A stretch of DNA of 64,000 bases from Acetobacteraceae bacterium (GTDB taxonomy: Bacteria > Pseudomonadota > Alphaproteobacteria > Acetobacterales > Acetobacteraceae). The position numbers and the translations under genes are program-made. The stretch lies in NCBI GenBank assembly GCA_965199005.1, contig CBDAQK010000004.1:33120-97119 (forward strand), given 5' to 3'. Below the pieces are notes generated by a model. That model saw only the letters and a program-made list of their open reading frames with translations, was not told where the DNA came from and searched no databases. Below, one piece after another: positions 22,753-33,240 of this stretch; the first letter of the stretch is position 1, and each line of letters begins with the position of its first letter.

Positions 22753-23500
22753 GCGTCAGCCTCGTTGATGCGGACCGATAATGCGCAACGCCAAATCCCG
22801 TGGCAATGATTTGCGCACATGGTTGCCGCGACGCACCGAGACTGTCCGGCCTAGGAGCGAGGCCGTCATTCCATCCGCGTCATCGCTGCCCCGCCAGGCT
22901 TCCGACCCCGACGGGCTTAGCCGACCCACTCCTGGTCCTGGGACTGGAAGTTCCACCCCCCAATGCCGGTGCTATCAATGAACCAGCCCCTGGGGGTCCT
23001 CGGCACATCCCGGTGCCACCGGCGTGCCGTGCTTAGACCGGAAGAGCTGGAATTCGCACTTCCTCCTCACCCTCCGACCCAGCCCTTGCGAGGGGATGTG
23101 GTCAATGAGGAGGACGCGAATGGACAGCGAAGCCCGGCCATGATTCCCATGGACGGCTTCGCAGCTGTAGACTTGGGCCCAGTCGAATAGCTGAACCACC
23201 CGCAGCGTTACATGAACCTTCTACCTGGACCGCGGGACCGATGGAGCCTTGTGAATACAAGAGGACTGCACGCGGTCGACCAAGGGCAATGGGCAACTGG
23301 CAGCTTGTCGTCTCCATAAACAGGCTCCTCGATGAGAATTATTGCGAGAGAGCGAGAGACTTTCGCCAGAATCGCTCCGGACTTGAGCCCTTTTTTACGT
23401 GGAAACGCTCCGACTTGTTTCCTGAGACAGACATGCCAACTGCGGCCGCTAATGACCGTCGAGCTTATTCCCTAAAAGGCCGCATGGAGTTTGGCGCCGT

Positions 23501-24447
23501 TCAAACTACGTCGTCTGACCGCAGCTTGCACCTTGATGCCATTGCCGGAGGCTCGAATTGGAACGTCGCGTGGGCGATTCCGAAGTGCCCGTGCATTTCC
23601 TCGCACGCATGCGCCAGCAAGCCCGCATCGTCCGCCGCATCACTCCGGACGAGGTGGGCCGTCAGCGCGTTCTCCGTGGTGCTCAAACCCCAGATGTGCA
23701 GGTCGTGGACCTCCACCACGCCGGGCAAACCACGCAGGGCGGTCTCCACCTTCTCCTTGTCGATGCCCTCCGGCACTGCATCCAACGACAGGTCCAGCGA
23801 GTCGCGCAGCAGGGACCACGTGCCCCAGACGATGACGGCGCTGATTACCAGGCTGATCGCCGGGTCCAGCCAATGCCAGCTGGTCCAGAGAATGAGTCCG
23901 CCTGCGACCACGACGCCCAATGCCACCAGCGCGTCGGACGCCATGTGAATGAATGCCCCACGCACGTTCATGTCGCCCTTGCGTCCAGACATGAACAGCC
24001 CCGCTGTGATGCCGTTGACGAAGATGCCCACCGCCGCCACCACCATGATGGTGACGCCCGCCGTGGGTTCGGGGTCCAGCAAGCGCCGTACGCCCTCCCA
24101 GGCGATGCCGCCGGTCACGACCAGCAGCACGACGGCATTGCCAAGCGCAGCCAGGATGGACGAACGGCGCAGGCCGTAGGTGTACTTGCCGGATGGCCGA
24201 CGCTTGCTCAGAACCGAAGCGCCCCATGCGGCCGCCAGGCCGAGGACGTCCCCGAGGTCGTGACCGGCGTCGGCCATCCGCGCCAACGAGTGCGAGGCCA
24301 CCCCGTAGACGCCTCGGCCAAGACGTAGGCGACTTTGAGGGCGATCCCGATGGCGAAAGCGCGGCCGAAATTGGCGGGTGCGTGCACGTGGCCGCCCGCG
24401 CCATGATGGTGATGCTCGTGCCCGGCGTGGTCCGAATGGTCGGTCAT
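23501..24447 (-). pseudogene. Cation diffusion facilitator (CzcD/ZitB-like), one frameshift near 24310
   Basis: His-rich N-terminus in one frame; ADAGHD, TYGLRR, HMASDAL, HDLHIW and HATFQ in another. Confidence 0.85.
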
Positions 24448-24450
24448 GGT

Positions 24451-26724
24451 CTACTTCTCCGTGCCGAGGCCGACGTCGGTTCCGGCGGGTCTCCAACGCA
24501 GCAGGCGCAAGGCGTTCATCGTGACGAGCACCGTCGCGCCGGTATCCGCCAGGATTGCGGGCCACAACCCGGTAATGCCCGCCAAGGTCGTGACCAGGAA
24601 GATAGCCTTCAGCCCGAGTGCCGCGCCCACATTCTGGCGGATGTTCGCCAACGTCGACCGCGACAGGCCCACGAGCTCCGCCACCCCCGCAACCCGCTCG
24701 CGCAGCAACGCCGCGTCCGCCGTCTCCAGGGCGACATCCGTGCCGCCGCCCATTGCGACGCCAATTGAAGCCGCGGCCAAGGCCGGAGCGTCGTTGATGC
24801 CGTCGCCGACCATCACCACCGGACCGGCTTTCCGCAGCCGGGCAATCTCCCCCAGCTTGTCCTCCGGCAGCAGGCCCGCACGCACGTCCAGGCCCAGCTT
24901 CGCGGCAATGGCTCGACCGGTTCGCTCGTTGTCGCCGGTCAGCATCACCGTCGCCAAACCCATGCGCCTCAGCGTGGCGATGCCCTCGACGGCGTCAGCT
25001 CGCGGTTCGTCGCGTAGAGCGATCAGCCCCAGAACGGCTCCATCTGCCAGGACGGCTACCACCGTCTTGCCCTCCGCCTCCAGAGCAGCCGCCTGCGTGC
25101 CGATGCCGTTGCCGCTCTCTTCGGCATGGCGCGGACTGCCCACTGCGACGACACGGCCCTCTACCGTCGCCTGGACGGCGCGGCCGGGAACGGCACGTGC
25201 GTCCACCGCGGACGGGACGTCGACGCCCAGGGCGGCGGCCCTTTCCAGAATGGCTCGGCCCAACGGATGCGATGAGCCTTGTTCAACTGCCGCAGCCAAA
25301 CGAAGCAACGATGGCTCATCGACATCAGCGGCCAGCACCATGACATCCGTGACCTTGGGGCGACCTTTCGTCAGGGTGCCCGTCTTGTCGAAGGCCACCG
25401 TCTTCGCCGCGCCGATCGCCTCCAACGCCGCGCCGCCTTTGACAAGCAATCCGCGCTTGGCGCCTGCCGACAGGCCCGACGCAACGGCCGCCGGAACCGA
25501 GATCACGAGCGCGCATGGGCAGGCAATCAGGAGCAGCGCCAAGCCGCGATAGGTCCAGGTCCACCAGTTCCCGCCCAACAGCAGCGGTGGGACCAGGATG
25601 ACGACGATGGCGGCGACCATAGCGGCGGGCGTCCACCATTCGGCGAACCGCTCCACGAAGCGTTGAGTGGGCGCGCGCGAGGAAGCAGCTTCCTCCACGA
25701 GCTTGACGATGCGCGCCACCGTGTTGTCCGACGCTGCGCGCGTGGTGCGTATCCGGAGCAGCCCGGCATCCGCGTTCACCGAACTGGCCAGCACCGGCTC
25801 GCCAGGCCCCCGCGCCACTGGGACGCTCTCGCCGGTCACCGGGCTCTCATCGAGCGCAGAAGTACCTTCGACGATTTCGCCGTCGCACGGCACGCGGTCT
25901 CCGGGACGAACCTGCACGATGTCGCCGACCGCCAGCCAATCGGCAGCCACCTCCTCGACGCCACCGCGCATGCCCTCGCGCCGGGCGGTTCGGGGAATGA
26001 GACCGCCCAGGGCGCGGATGCCCGCTCGGGCGCGACCTGCCGCCACGCTCTCCAACATCTCGCCGAGCGCGAAGAGCAGCACGACCGTCGCCGCTTCCTC
26101 CGCCGCGCCGATTGCAACCGCACCCAGCGCCGCCACGCACATCAACGTCTCTATCGAGAATGGCGACCCGGCCCATGCCAGTGCGACGGCCCGGCGTCCA
26201 GATGGGGCAACGGCGACGACCGTGGCGACAAGGAAGATCCAGTAGGCCTCCCGGGGGAACGCAAGCGACAGCACCCACGCCACGCCTACCAGCACCGCCA
26301 ACAGGCCAACCAGCCGCGCCTTGCCGGTCCGCCACCACGGGAGGTCGGTCAAGGGTGCGTCATGGCCGTGGACGTGCATCCCCGGTTCGGTAGCGGCGAT
26401 TTCGTGGACAAGGTGGTGAGCGCGATCGTGGCCGCAACAGCCGTCCCCGCATCCCGCCGTCCGAACCACCGCCTCCTTGGAGGCCGTGCGCGAGGTTCGG
26501 TATCCCAGTGCCGCCACCTGCCGCTCGACGACGTCCGCCGACGCGCCGTCCGGCGCTCGGCCCAAGGTCATCGTCTCGGACATCAGGTTGACCTGCACGT
26601 CGGAGATGCCCGGCAAACGGCGGACGGCCTTCTCGACTTTGGCCACGCAGGCGCCGCAATCCATCCCGGATACCGTCCAGGAGAGGACTTCGATGCCGTC
26701 ATCCAGTTTCGCGCCGCCGTCCAT
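24451..26724 (-). CDS. zntA: Zn/Cd/Pb-type P1B ATPase
   Basis: GMDCGAC HMA domain, TGES, CPCALV, DKTGTLT, GDGINDAP, ADTGATVLV. Confidence 0.9.
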   Translation of the reverse strand: MDGGAKLDDGIEVLSWTVSGMDCGACVAKVEKAVRRLPGISDVQVNLMSETMTLGRAPDGASADVVERQVAALGYRTSRTASKEAVVRTAGCGDGCCGHDRAHHLVHEIAATEPGMHVHGHDAPLTDLPWWRTGKARLVGLLAVLVGVAWVLSLAFPREAYWIFLVATVVAVAPSGRRAVALAWAGSPFSIETLMCVAALGAVAIGAAEEAATVVLLFALGEMLESVAAGRARAGIRALGGLIPRTARREGMRGGVEEVAADWLAVGDIVQVRPGDRVPCDGEIVEGTSALDESPVTGESVPVARGPGEPVLASSVNADAGLLRIRTTRAASDNTVARIVKLVEEAASSRAPTQRFVERFAEWWTPAAMVAAIVVILVPPLLLGGNWWTWTYRGLALLLIACPCALVISVPAAVASGLSAGAKRGLLVKGGAALEAIGAAKTVAFDKTGTLTKGRPKVTDVMVLAADVDEPSLLRLAAAVEQGSSHPLGRAILERAAALGVDVPSAVDARAVPGRAVQATVEGRVVAVGSPRHAEESGNGIGTQAAALEAEGKTVVAVLADGAVLGLIALRDEPRADAVEGIATLRRMGLATVMLTGDNERTGRAIAAKLGLDVRAGLLPEDKLGEIARLRKAGPVVMVGDGINDAPALAAASIGVAMGGGTDVALETADAALLRERVAGVAELVGLSRSTLANIRQNVGAALGLKAIFLVTTLAGITGLWPAILADTGATVLVTMNALRLLRWRPAGTDVGLGTEK

Positions 26725-26751
26725 GTCGGGATGCTCCAAAGCTTCCCACAT

Positions 26752-26782
26752 GTCATGGGACCTCTAGCCGCTAGAGGTGCAA
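26752..26782 (-). promoter_or_regulatory. MerR-type promoter/operator for zntA
   Basis: Dyad ACCTCTAG-CCG-CTAGAGGT (26760-26778); minus strand TTGCAC, 19 bp spacer, CATGAC. Confidence 0.75.
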
Positions 26783-26806
26783 GGTCTAAAATGCTATGGA
26801 GCGATC

Positions 26807-27253
26807 ATGACCCAAGTGTCCTTGTCCATCGGCGATCTATCCCGACAGACCGGGTGCAAGATCCCACTCATCCGCTGGTACGAGCAGGTCGGCATGCTTT
26901 CCGCCCCGGCGCGGACCTCCGGCGGTCATCGGGCGTACGGACGCGAGCATCTGCAGCGGCTGGATTTCATCAGGCATGCCAGGGAGTTCGGATTTCCCCT
27001 GGACGCCATTCGCGAGCTGCTCGACTTGGCGGGCAAGCCGTCCTGCGAGGCGGCGCACGACATCGCCTCGGCCCAGTTGGCCTCGGTCGAGGGCAAGCTC
27101 AAACGACTGGAAGCCCTGCGGGCGGAACTGGCCCACATGGTGGACACCGGTTGCCGGGGCGCTCCCGCCGACTGCCGGATCCTGGCCACCCTGGCGGACC
27201 ACGATCATGGTCACTGCCTGACCGATGCCCACGCCACGGCGGAGGTCGTCTAG
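26807..27253 (+). CDS. MerR-family metal-responsive regulator (CadR/ZntR-like)
   Basis: LSIGDLSRQTG...IRWYEQ...RLDFIRHAR; Cys at PSC and in CRGAPADC; divergent from zntA. Confidence 0.92.
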   Translation: MTQVSLSIGDLSRQTGCKIPLIRWYEQVGMLSAPARTSGGHRAYGREHLQRLDFIRHAREFGFPLDAIRELLDLAGKPSCEAAHDIASAQLASVEGKLKRLEALRAELAHMVDTGCRGAPADCRILATLADHDHGHCLTDAHATAEVV

Positions 27254-27262
27254 TCCGCCTCC

Positions 27263-27480
27263 TCAGGCCGACCGGTGTCCAAGCAGGATGACTAACGTTC
27301 CTGCCAGGCACAGCACGGCGCCGCAGACGTCCCACCGGTCCGGCCGCATTCCCTCGACTGCCCAAAGCCAGAGCAGGGAGGAGGCGATGTAGATGCCGCC
27401 GTAGGCTGCGTAGGTTCGCCCGGCCGCGTCACTTTCCACGAGGGTCAGCAGGTAGGCGAACAGCACCAGGGACGCGACGC
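27263..27480 (-). pseudogene. YnfA/UPF0060 family protein, N-terminus missing
   Basis: [13 protein letters not shown]...[14 protein letters not shown]; joined directly to the upstream DMT remnant. Confidence 0.75.
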
Positions 27481-28312
27481 AATCGCCATCAGCCCGCCCG
27501 AAGTCAGCAGGGTGACGGTGACCGGCTCACCGAGCATCGGCACCGCCAACGCCGCGCCAACGAACGGCGCAGCCGAGAAGTAGGCTCCTGTCCGCGCGGC
27601 GCCGAGATGGCGCAGTCCCAGCACGAACAAGGCCAAGCTCACGCCGTAGCCCAGGAAGCCGACGACGGCCGCCGCAAGGACGATGCCCGGCGCGGGGCAA
27701 GCGGCGCCGGACGCGAATGCCAGCCCGAGGTTCACGGCACCGGCGACCAATCCCTTGAGCATGGCAATCTGCACCGGGTCCGGAGGACGACAATTTGCGC
27801 GTCAGATTGTTGTCGATGCGCCAGCACAGGCAGGCGCCCGCGATCAGTACGGCGCCAAGCTGAAAGGTCGCATGACCTTGCCAGGACAGGAGCGCCGCAC
27901 CGGACAGGATGGCGAACGCTCCCAGTAGCAGTCGCCGAGCCACATTCTCCCGAAACGCCGACCAGGCGATGCCCATGGTCGCCAACCCTTCGAGGTTCAG
28001 GAGCAGCGAGGCTCCCGACGCGTCCGTACGGGCAAGGCCGAACATGAGCAGCAGCGGCCCGAGCACGCCGCCTGCCAGAATGACGAGGGCGAGCCACGGA
28101 ACGTCGGCCCGGCTCAACGGGGCTTCAACTACCGGGAGGTTGAACGCCGATCGGGATAGGTGGACGGCAGCCAAGCCGATGCCCGCGCCCAGGTAGAGCA
28201 GTCCGGCAAGCATCCAGGGGTCGACGGATCCGAGCAGCAGCTTGGCGAACGGCGTGCTGGCGCCGAACAGGACGGCGGAGAGCAAGGCGAACGGGATGCC
28301 GATGCGGTTCAT
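27481..28312 (-). pseudogene. EamA/DMT transporter, frameshifted near 27780 and truncated
   Basis: LFGASTPFAKLLL, SLLLNLEG, IDNNLTRK, then IAMLKGL...GAARTGAYFS in another frame. Confidence 0.8.
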
Positions 28313-28716
28313 GCCAGCGTTCGGCCGCCGCCCGCCGCCAGGTCGCGTAGGATGGGGCAGTCCGGGCGCTGATCACCGCGGCAGTTGGACGCCAGTTCTT
28401 CCAAGGTGTCGCACATGGAGGTCAGTTCTCCGATCTTGGTCCTAAGCTCTGCGACATGCTCCAGCGCGATGCGTTTGACGTCCCGGCTCGGCCGTTCTCG
28501 ATCGTGCCACAAGCCGACCAGCAGCTTGATGCGATCCATCGACAAGCCGAGGTCGCGTGCCCGGCGGATGAACCGGAGCGTCTCCACCTCGCGGGTCCCG
28601 TAAGTCCGGTAACCACCTTGGGTGCGGGCCGCGTCCGGCACCAAGCCGATACTCTCGTAGTAGCGCAGCATCTTGGCGCTGACGCCCGACGCCCGGGCCG
28701 CCTCTCCGATGACCAT
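28309..28716 (-). CDS. cueR: Cu(I)-responsive regulator
   Basis: IGEAARASGVSAKMLRYYE...CRGDQRPDCPIL. Confidence 0.93.
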   Translation of the reverse strand: MVIGEAARASGVSAKMLRYYESIGLVPDAARTQGGYRTYGTREVETLRFIRRARDLGLSMDRIKLLVGLWHDRERPSRDVKRIALEHVAELRTKIGELTSMCDTLEELASNCRGDQRPDCPILRDLAAGGGRTLA

Positions 28717-28735
28717 GTTCGTTCTCCATTCACTG

Positions 28736-28766
28736 CAGATGAGGGTTCCCAACGTAGGAAGGTCAA
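28736..28766 (-). promoter_or_regulatory. CueR-type promoter facing cueR
   Basis: Minus strand TTGACCTTCC-TACGTTG-GGAACC. Confidence 0.65.
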
Positions 28767-28786
28767 TGCCCGCGAAGAGGTTTCCC

Positions 28787-28817
28787 TTGACCTTCCCACG
28801 GTAGGAAGCCCCACGAC
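28787..28817 (+). promoter_or_regulatory. CueR-type promoter facing the multicopper oxidase
   Basis: TTGACCTTCC-CACGGTA-GGAAGC, close to the ACCTTCC-N7-GGAAGGT CueR box. Confidence 0.75.
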
Positions 28818-28883
28818 CGAGGATGCAGATGCGCGCGTGCTCGACTAAACGGCGTGCCCACGTTCCGGATCATTGGAGACAAA

Positions 28884-30314
28884 ATGTACAGTCCCCTGTC
28901 CAGGCGGTCTTTGTTGGTCGGTGCCGCCGCCGCCGCGGCTATGCCGGGGACCACCGGGTTCAAAGCCAGTGCCGCCGAACGTCCGACCCGCATCGCCTTG
29001 GCCGCCGAAAGGCGCATCATTGAGGTGAACGGGCGCGCTGCGTCGGTTTTCGGCATTCGCCGTCCGGACGGCTCGCCTGGCATCATCCTTGACCCCGGTC
29101 AGCGGTTTTCCGTGGACCTGGCCAACCGATGCGCCGAGGACACCATCGTGCATTGGCATGGCCAGACGCCGCCGTTCCTGCAAGACGGCGTCGCCGAAAC
29201 CGGCGGAACGATCCTCAAGCCCGGAACCGTCCAGGCTTACGATTTCGTTCCTCGGCCAGGAACGCATTGGATGCACTCGCATCACGGCCTGCAGGAGCAG
29301 GCGTTGATGGCGGCGCCCTTGATCGTGAGGACATCGGACGACCTGAAGGCCGACGTCCAGGAGGTGACCGTCCTCCTGCACGACTTCAGCTTCAAGGATC
29401 CGGCCGAGTTGCTGGCGAAAGCGGTCGGATCGGCGGGCAGCGCCATGCCGGGTATGGACATGGGGCAGCACGGGAGCAAGCCATCCGGCGCGGGCAACCC
29501 GGACCTGAACGACGTGGATTACGATGCCTACCTCGCGAACGACCGCACGCTCGCCGATCCTCTCGTGGTCCGCGCCGCGCCGGGCGGCACGGTCAGGTTG
29601 CGGCTCATCAACGGGGCCACGACGACCGCTTTCTGGATCGACACCGGGGAGTTGGAAGGGCGTGTCGTGGCGGTGGACGGCAACCCGGTGCGTTCCGTCA
29701 CCGGCAATCGGTTCCCCCTTGCCCAAGGGCAGCGTCTGGACGTGCTCATCACCATGCCGGTGGGCGGTGGCGCCCATCCGGTGTTCGCGCAACGCGAGGG
29801 CGACCGGAAACGGACCGGCATCATCCTGGCTTCTGCCGGTGGCGTGGTCCGCAAACTCTCCGGCACGGCGGATAAGGCTTGTTCCCCAGTCGACAATTCA
29901 CTGGAACAACGGCTGAGGGCCGAGTTTCCCCTTTCCGCCTCGGGCGGCCCGGTCACCCATCGCGTCAGGCTGACTGGAGCGATGGTACCCTACGTCTGGT
30001 CCCTGGACGACCGAACTTGGGCCGACCACGTGCCGCTGCGCGTCGCCGGGAGCGGCTGCGTCATCCTGGAGATGACGAACGAAACCAAGATGGCCCACCC
30101 CATGCATCTGCACGGTCACCATTTCCAAGTGATCGGGATGGACGGTGTCTCCATGGCCGGAGCGGTTCGCGACACGGTCTTGGTTCCGGTGAACGGGGTG
30201 GTGACCGTCGCTTTCGATGCGGACAATCCCGGACGGTGGCTCTTCCACTGCCACAACCTGTTCCACATGGCCGCCGGTATGATGACCGAAGTCGTTTACG
30301 ACGGCGTCGCATGA
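28884..30314 (+). CDS. Tat-exported multicopper oxidase
   Basis: SRRSLL Tat motif; HWHG, WMHSH, HPMHLHGH, HCHNLFHM. Confidence 0.93.
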   Translation: MYSPLSRRSLLVGAAAAAAMPGTTGFKASAAERPTRIALAAERRIIEVNGRAASVFGIRRPDGSPGIILDPGQRFSVDLANRCAEDTIVHWHGQTPPFLQDGVAETGGTILKPGTVQAYDFVPRPGTHWMHSHHGLQEQALMAAPLIVRTSDDLKADVQEVTVLLHDFSFKDPAELLAKAVGSAGSAMPGMDMGQHGSKPSGAGNPDLNDVDYDAYLANDRTLADPLVVRAAPGGTVRLRLINGATTTAFWIDTGELEGRVVAVDGNPVRSVTGNRFPLAQGQRLDVLITMPVGGGAHPVFAQREGDRKRTGIILASAGGVVRKLSGTADKACSPVDNSLEQRLRAEFPLSASGGPVTHRVRLTGAMVPYVWSLDDRTWADHVPLRVAGSGCVILEMTNETKMAHPMHLHGHHFQVIGMDGVSMAGAVRDTVLVPVNGVVTVAFDADNPGRWLFHCHNLFHMAAGMMTEVVYDGVA

Positions 30315-30356
30315 TGTTCACGGACAAACCACCCCGCAATCGGGCGTTTTCGCCCC

Positions 30357-30387
30357 TTGACCTTCCCACAATGGGAATCCCTATGTC
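30357..30387 (+). promoter_or_regulatory. CueR-type promoter for copA
   Basis: TTGACC, 19 bp spacer TTCCCACAATGGGAATCCC, TATGTC. Confidence 0.8.
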
Positions 30388-30432
30388 CCGGTTGGGATCG
30401 GAAATCCGGCCTTCGGACTGCAGGAGCGCGCC

Positions 30433-32964
30433 ATGAGCGATCACCACGACCACGAGGCCCATGCCCCCGCCAAAGGCGGTTGCTGCTGTAGCGGTTCGGC
30501 TGCGACTCCGAAGGCGACGTCTTCGGTCACCGACCCCGTTTGCGGCATGGAGGTGGATCCGGCCACGTCCAAGCACCGGGTCGAACACGGCGGCGAGACA
30601 TACCATTTCTGCTGCGGCGGTTGCCGCTCGAAGTTCGAAGCAGATCCGGAGAAATACCTCAAGGTGGCGTCGGTCGCGACCGATCCCGTCTGCGGCATGA
30701 AGGTGGATCCGGCGACATCGAAGCATCGCTTCGACCGAAACGGGACGACCTATCATTTCTGCTCGGCAGGCTGCCGGACCAAGTTCGCGGCGGACCCGGA
30801 GGCCTACCTGAAGCCCAAGACGGCGACCGCCGAACCGGCGAAGCCCGGCGCCATCTACACCTGTCCCATGCACCCGGAGATCCGCCAGGAAGGTCCCGGC
30901 AGTTGCCCGATCTGCGGCATGGCGCTCGAACCGGTCGAGGTTTCCGCCGAGGCCACGCCGAACCACGAACTCGCCGACATGTCGCGCCGTTTCTGGATAG
31001 GATTGGGGCTGACCCTCCCGGTGTTCGTCCTGGAGATGGGCGGGCATATTCCGGCGCTTGGGCTGCACGACCTCGTTCCGCCGATGATCTCCACCTGGGT
31101 CCAGTTTGTCTTGTCGACGCCGGTGGTCCTCTGGGCCGGGCTGCCGTTCTTCCAGCGTGGCTGGGCATCGGTTCGCTCGGGCCACCTCAACATGTTCACG
31201 CTCATCGCCTTGGGGACGGGGGCGGCCTACCTCTACAGTCTCGTGGCCACCTTCGCGCCCGGCGTCTTCCCGTCCGGATTCCGCATGATGGACGGCGCAG
31301 TGGGGGTCTACTACGAGGCCGCCGCGGTCATTACCGTGTTGGTCCTCCTCGGCCAGATGTTGGAACTGCGCGCGCGTGACCAGACCGGCGGCGCCATCCG
31401 CGCGCTGCTGAACCTCGCACCCAAGACGGCCCACCGCCTGCGCGACGGCTCGGACGACGAGGAAATCGGCATCGATCAGGTGCAGGTCGGCGATCGGTTC
31501 CGCGTGCGCCCCGGCGACGGGGTGCCGGTGGATGGCGAAGTGCTCGACGGAAATGGCGCCGTCGACGAGTCCATGGTGACGGGCGAGTCCATGCCGTCCG
31601 CCAAAGGCCCGGGCGACAAGGTCATCGGAGGCACCGTGAACGGCACCGGCTCGTTGGTCGTCCGGGCCGATGTGGTCGGTTCGGGCGGTATGCTGGCCCG
31701 CATCGTTTCGATGGTCGCCGAGGCGCAACGCAGCCGGGCGCCCATTCAGCGCATGGCTGACACGGTGGCGGGCTACTTCGTCCCAACCGTCCTTGGGGTC
31801 GCGGCTGCCGCCTTTGCCGCCTGGGCTATTTGGGGACCGGCTCCCTCGCTCGCGTACGCGCTGATTGCCGCCGTGTCGGTCGTCATCATCGCTTGCCCGT
31901 GCGCGCTCGGGCTGGCCACGCCGATGTCCATCATGGTCGCCGTCGGAAAGGGCGCCGGAATGGGCGTGCTCATCAAATCGGCCGAGTCCCTGGAGCGCAT
32001 GGAGAAGGTCGACACGCTCGTCGTCGACAAGACCGGCACCCTGACCGAAGGCAAGCCCAAGGTGACCGGTGTCCATCCGGCGGCAGGATTCGACGAGGCC
32101 GACCTGCTGCGTCTGGCCGCCAGCTTGGAACGATCGAGCGAGCATCCCCTGGCGGCGGCCATCGTCGGCGCCGCCAAGGAGAAGGGCGTCGAGGTGTTGG
32201 AGCCGTCCGAGTTCGCCTCCGAAACCGGCAAGGGAGTGTCCGGCAAGGTGCACGGCCGAGCCGTTTCTCTGGGAAACGCAAAGCTCATGGCCGACCTCGG
32301 GGTCGAACTCGGCGACCTCAAGGCGAAGGCCGACGAGCTTCGCGGTTCCGGCGTCACGGCCCTGTTCGTCGCCGTCGACGGCAAGCCGGGCGGCGTCATC
32401 GCAATCGCGGACCCCATCAAGGAGTCGACGCGCGCGGCGCTGGACAGCCTGCGGTCGGACGGTATCCACGTCGTGATGCTGACCGGCGACAACCGGAAGA
32501 CGGCCGAGGCGGTCGCCCGGCAACTCGGCATCGACGACGTCCAGGCCGATGTGCTGCCGGAGGACAAGAATCGCATCGTCCGCAAGCTGCGCGCGTCCGG
32601 CAAGGTGGTCGCGATGGCCGGGGATGGTGTGAACGATGCGCCCGCGCTGGCCGAAGCGGACGTGGGCATAGCCATGGGAACGGGGACCGAAGTCGCCATC
32701 CAGAGCGCCGGTGTCACCTTGGTGAAGGGCGACCTCGCCGGTATCGCCCGCGCCCGCGCGCTCAGCCGGGCCACGATGCGCAACATCCGCCAGAACCTCG
32801 TGTTCGCCTTCGCCTACAACGCTATCGGCATTCCGGTCGCGGCGGGCGTGCTCTACCCGGTCTTCGGCATCCTGCTCAGCCCTGTCGTAGCCGCGTTGGC
32901 CATGTCGCTGAGTTCGGTGTCGGTTATCGGCAACGCGTTGCGGCTGCGATCAGCGAAGCTGTGA
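30433..32964 (+). CDS. copA: Cu(I)/Ag P1B ATPase with two YHS domains
   Basis: Two TDPVCGM YHS domains, YTCPMHP, CPCALG, DKTGTLT, YN and MSLSS transmembrane ligands. Confidence 0.93.
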   Translation: MSDHHDHEAHAPAKGGCCCSGSAATPKATSSVTDPVCGMEVDPATSKHRVEHGGETYHFCCGGCRSKFEADPEKYLKVASVATDPVCGMKVDPATSKHRFDRNGTTYHFCSAGCRTKFAADPEAYLKPKTATAEPAKPGAIYTCPMHPEIRQEGPGSCPICGMALEPVEVSAEATPNHELADMSRRFWIGLGLTLPVFVLEMGGHIPALGLHDLVPPMISTWVQFVLSTPVVLWAGLPFFQRGWASVRSGHLNMFTLIALGTGAAYLYSLVATFAPGVFPSGFRMMDGAVGVYYEAAAVITVLVLLGQMLELRARDQTGGAIRALLNLAPKTAHRLRDGSDDEEIGIDQVQVGDRFRVRPGDGVPVDGEVLDGNGAVDESMVTGESMPSAKGPGDKVIGGTVNGTGSLVVRADVVGSGGMLARIVSMVAEAQRSRAPIQRMADTVAGYFVPTVLGVAAAAFAAWAIWGPAPSLAYALIAAVSVVIIACPCALGLATPMSIMVAVGKGAGMGVLIKSAESLERMEKVDTLVVDKTGTLTEGKPKVTGVHPAAGFDEADLLRLAASLERSSEHPLAAAIVGAAKEKGVEVLEPSEFASETGKGVSGKVHGRAVSLGNAKLMADLGVELGDLKAKADELRGSGVTALFVAVDGKPGGVIAIADPIKESTRAALDSLRSDGIHVVMLTGDNRKTAEAVARQLGIDDVQADVLPEDKNRIVRKLRASGKVVAMAGDGVNDAPALAEADVGIAMGTGTEVAIQSAGVTLVKGDLAGIARARALSRATMRNIRQNLVFAFAYNAIGIPVAAGVLYPVFGILLSPVVAALAMSLSSVSVIGNALRLRSAKL

Positions 32965-33240
32965 GACTTCGAAAGTCACGGTGGCGCCGTGTTCCGAGCA
33001 CGGCGCCATCGCGGATGGGTTTGCCTCCAGCGACTACCGAAAGGATGCCCTCCGGGACGGAAGACGTGTTGGAAATCCGATCGGCCTGCATCGACGCAGC
33101 CCACCGAGCTTGGTAGCCGAGGTCGATCTGCATCTCTCTTGGTGTCGCCAGTTTGCGCAGGCACAACGTCGCGGTCCGCGTCAGGTCTGTTCAATCCGAC
33201 AATCGGTCACTCGTCGAGCCGACATCCGTTGGGCCGTTGG

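Noticed and set aside
30529-30810. ~150-nt tandem duplication
   Set aside because: Encodes the two YHS domains of CopA.
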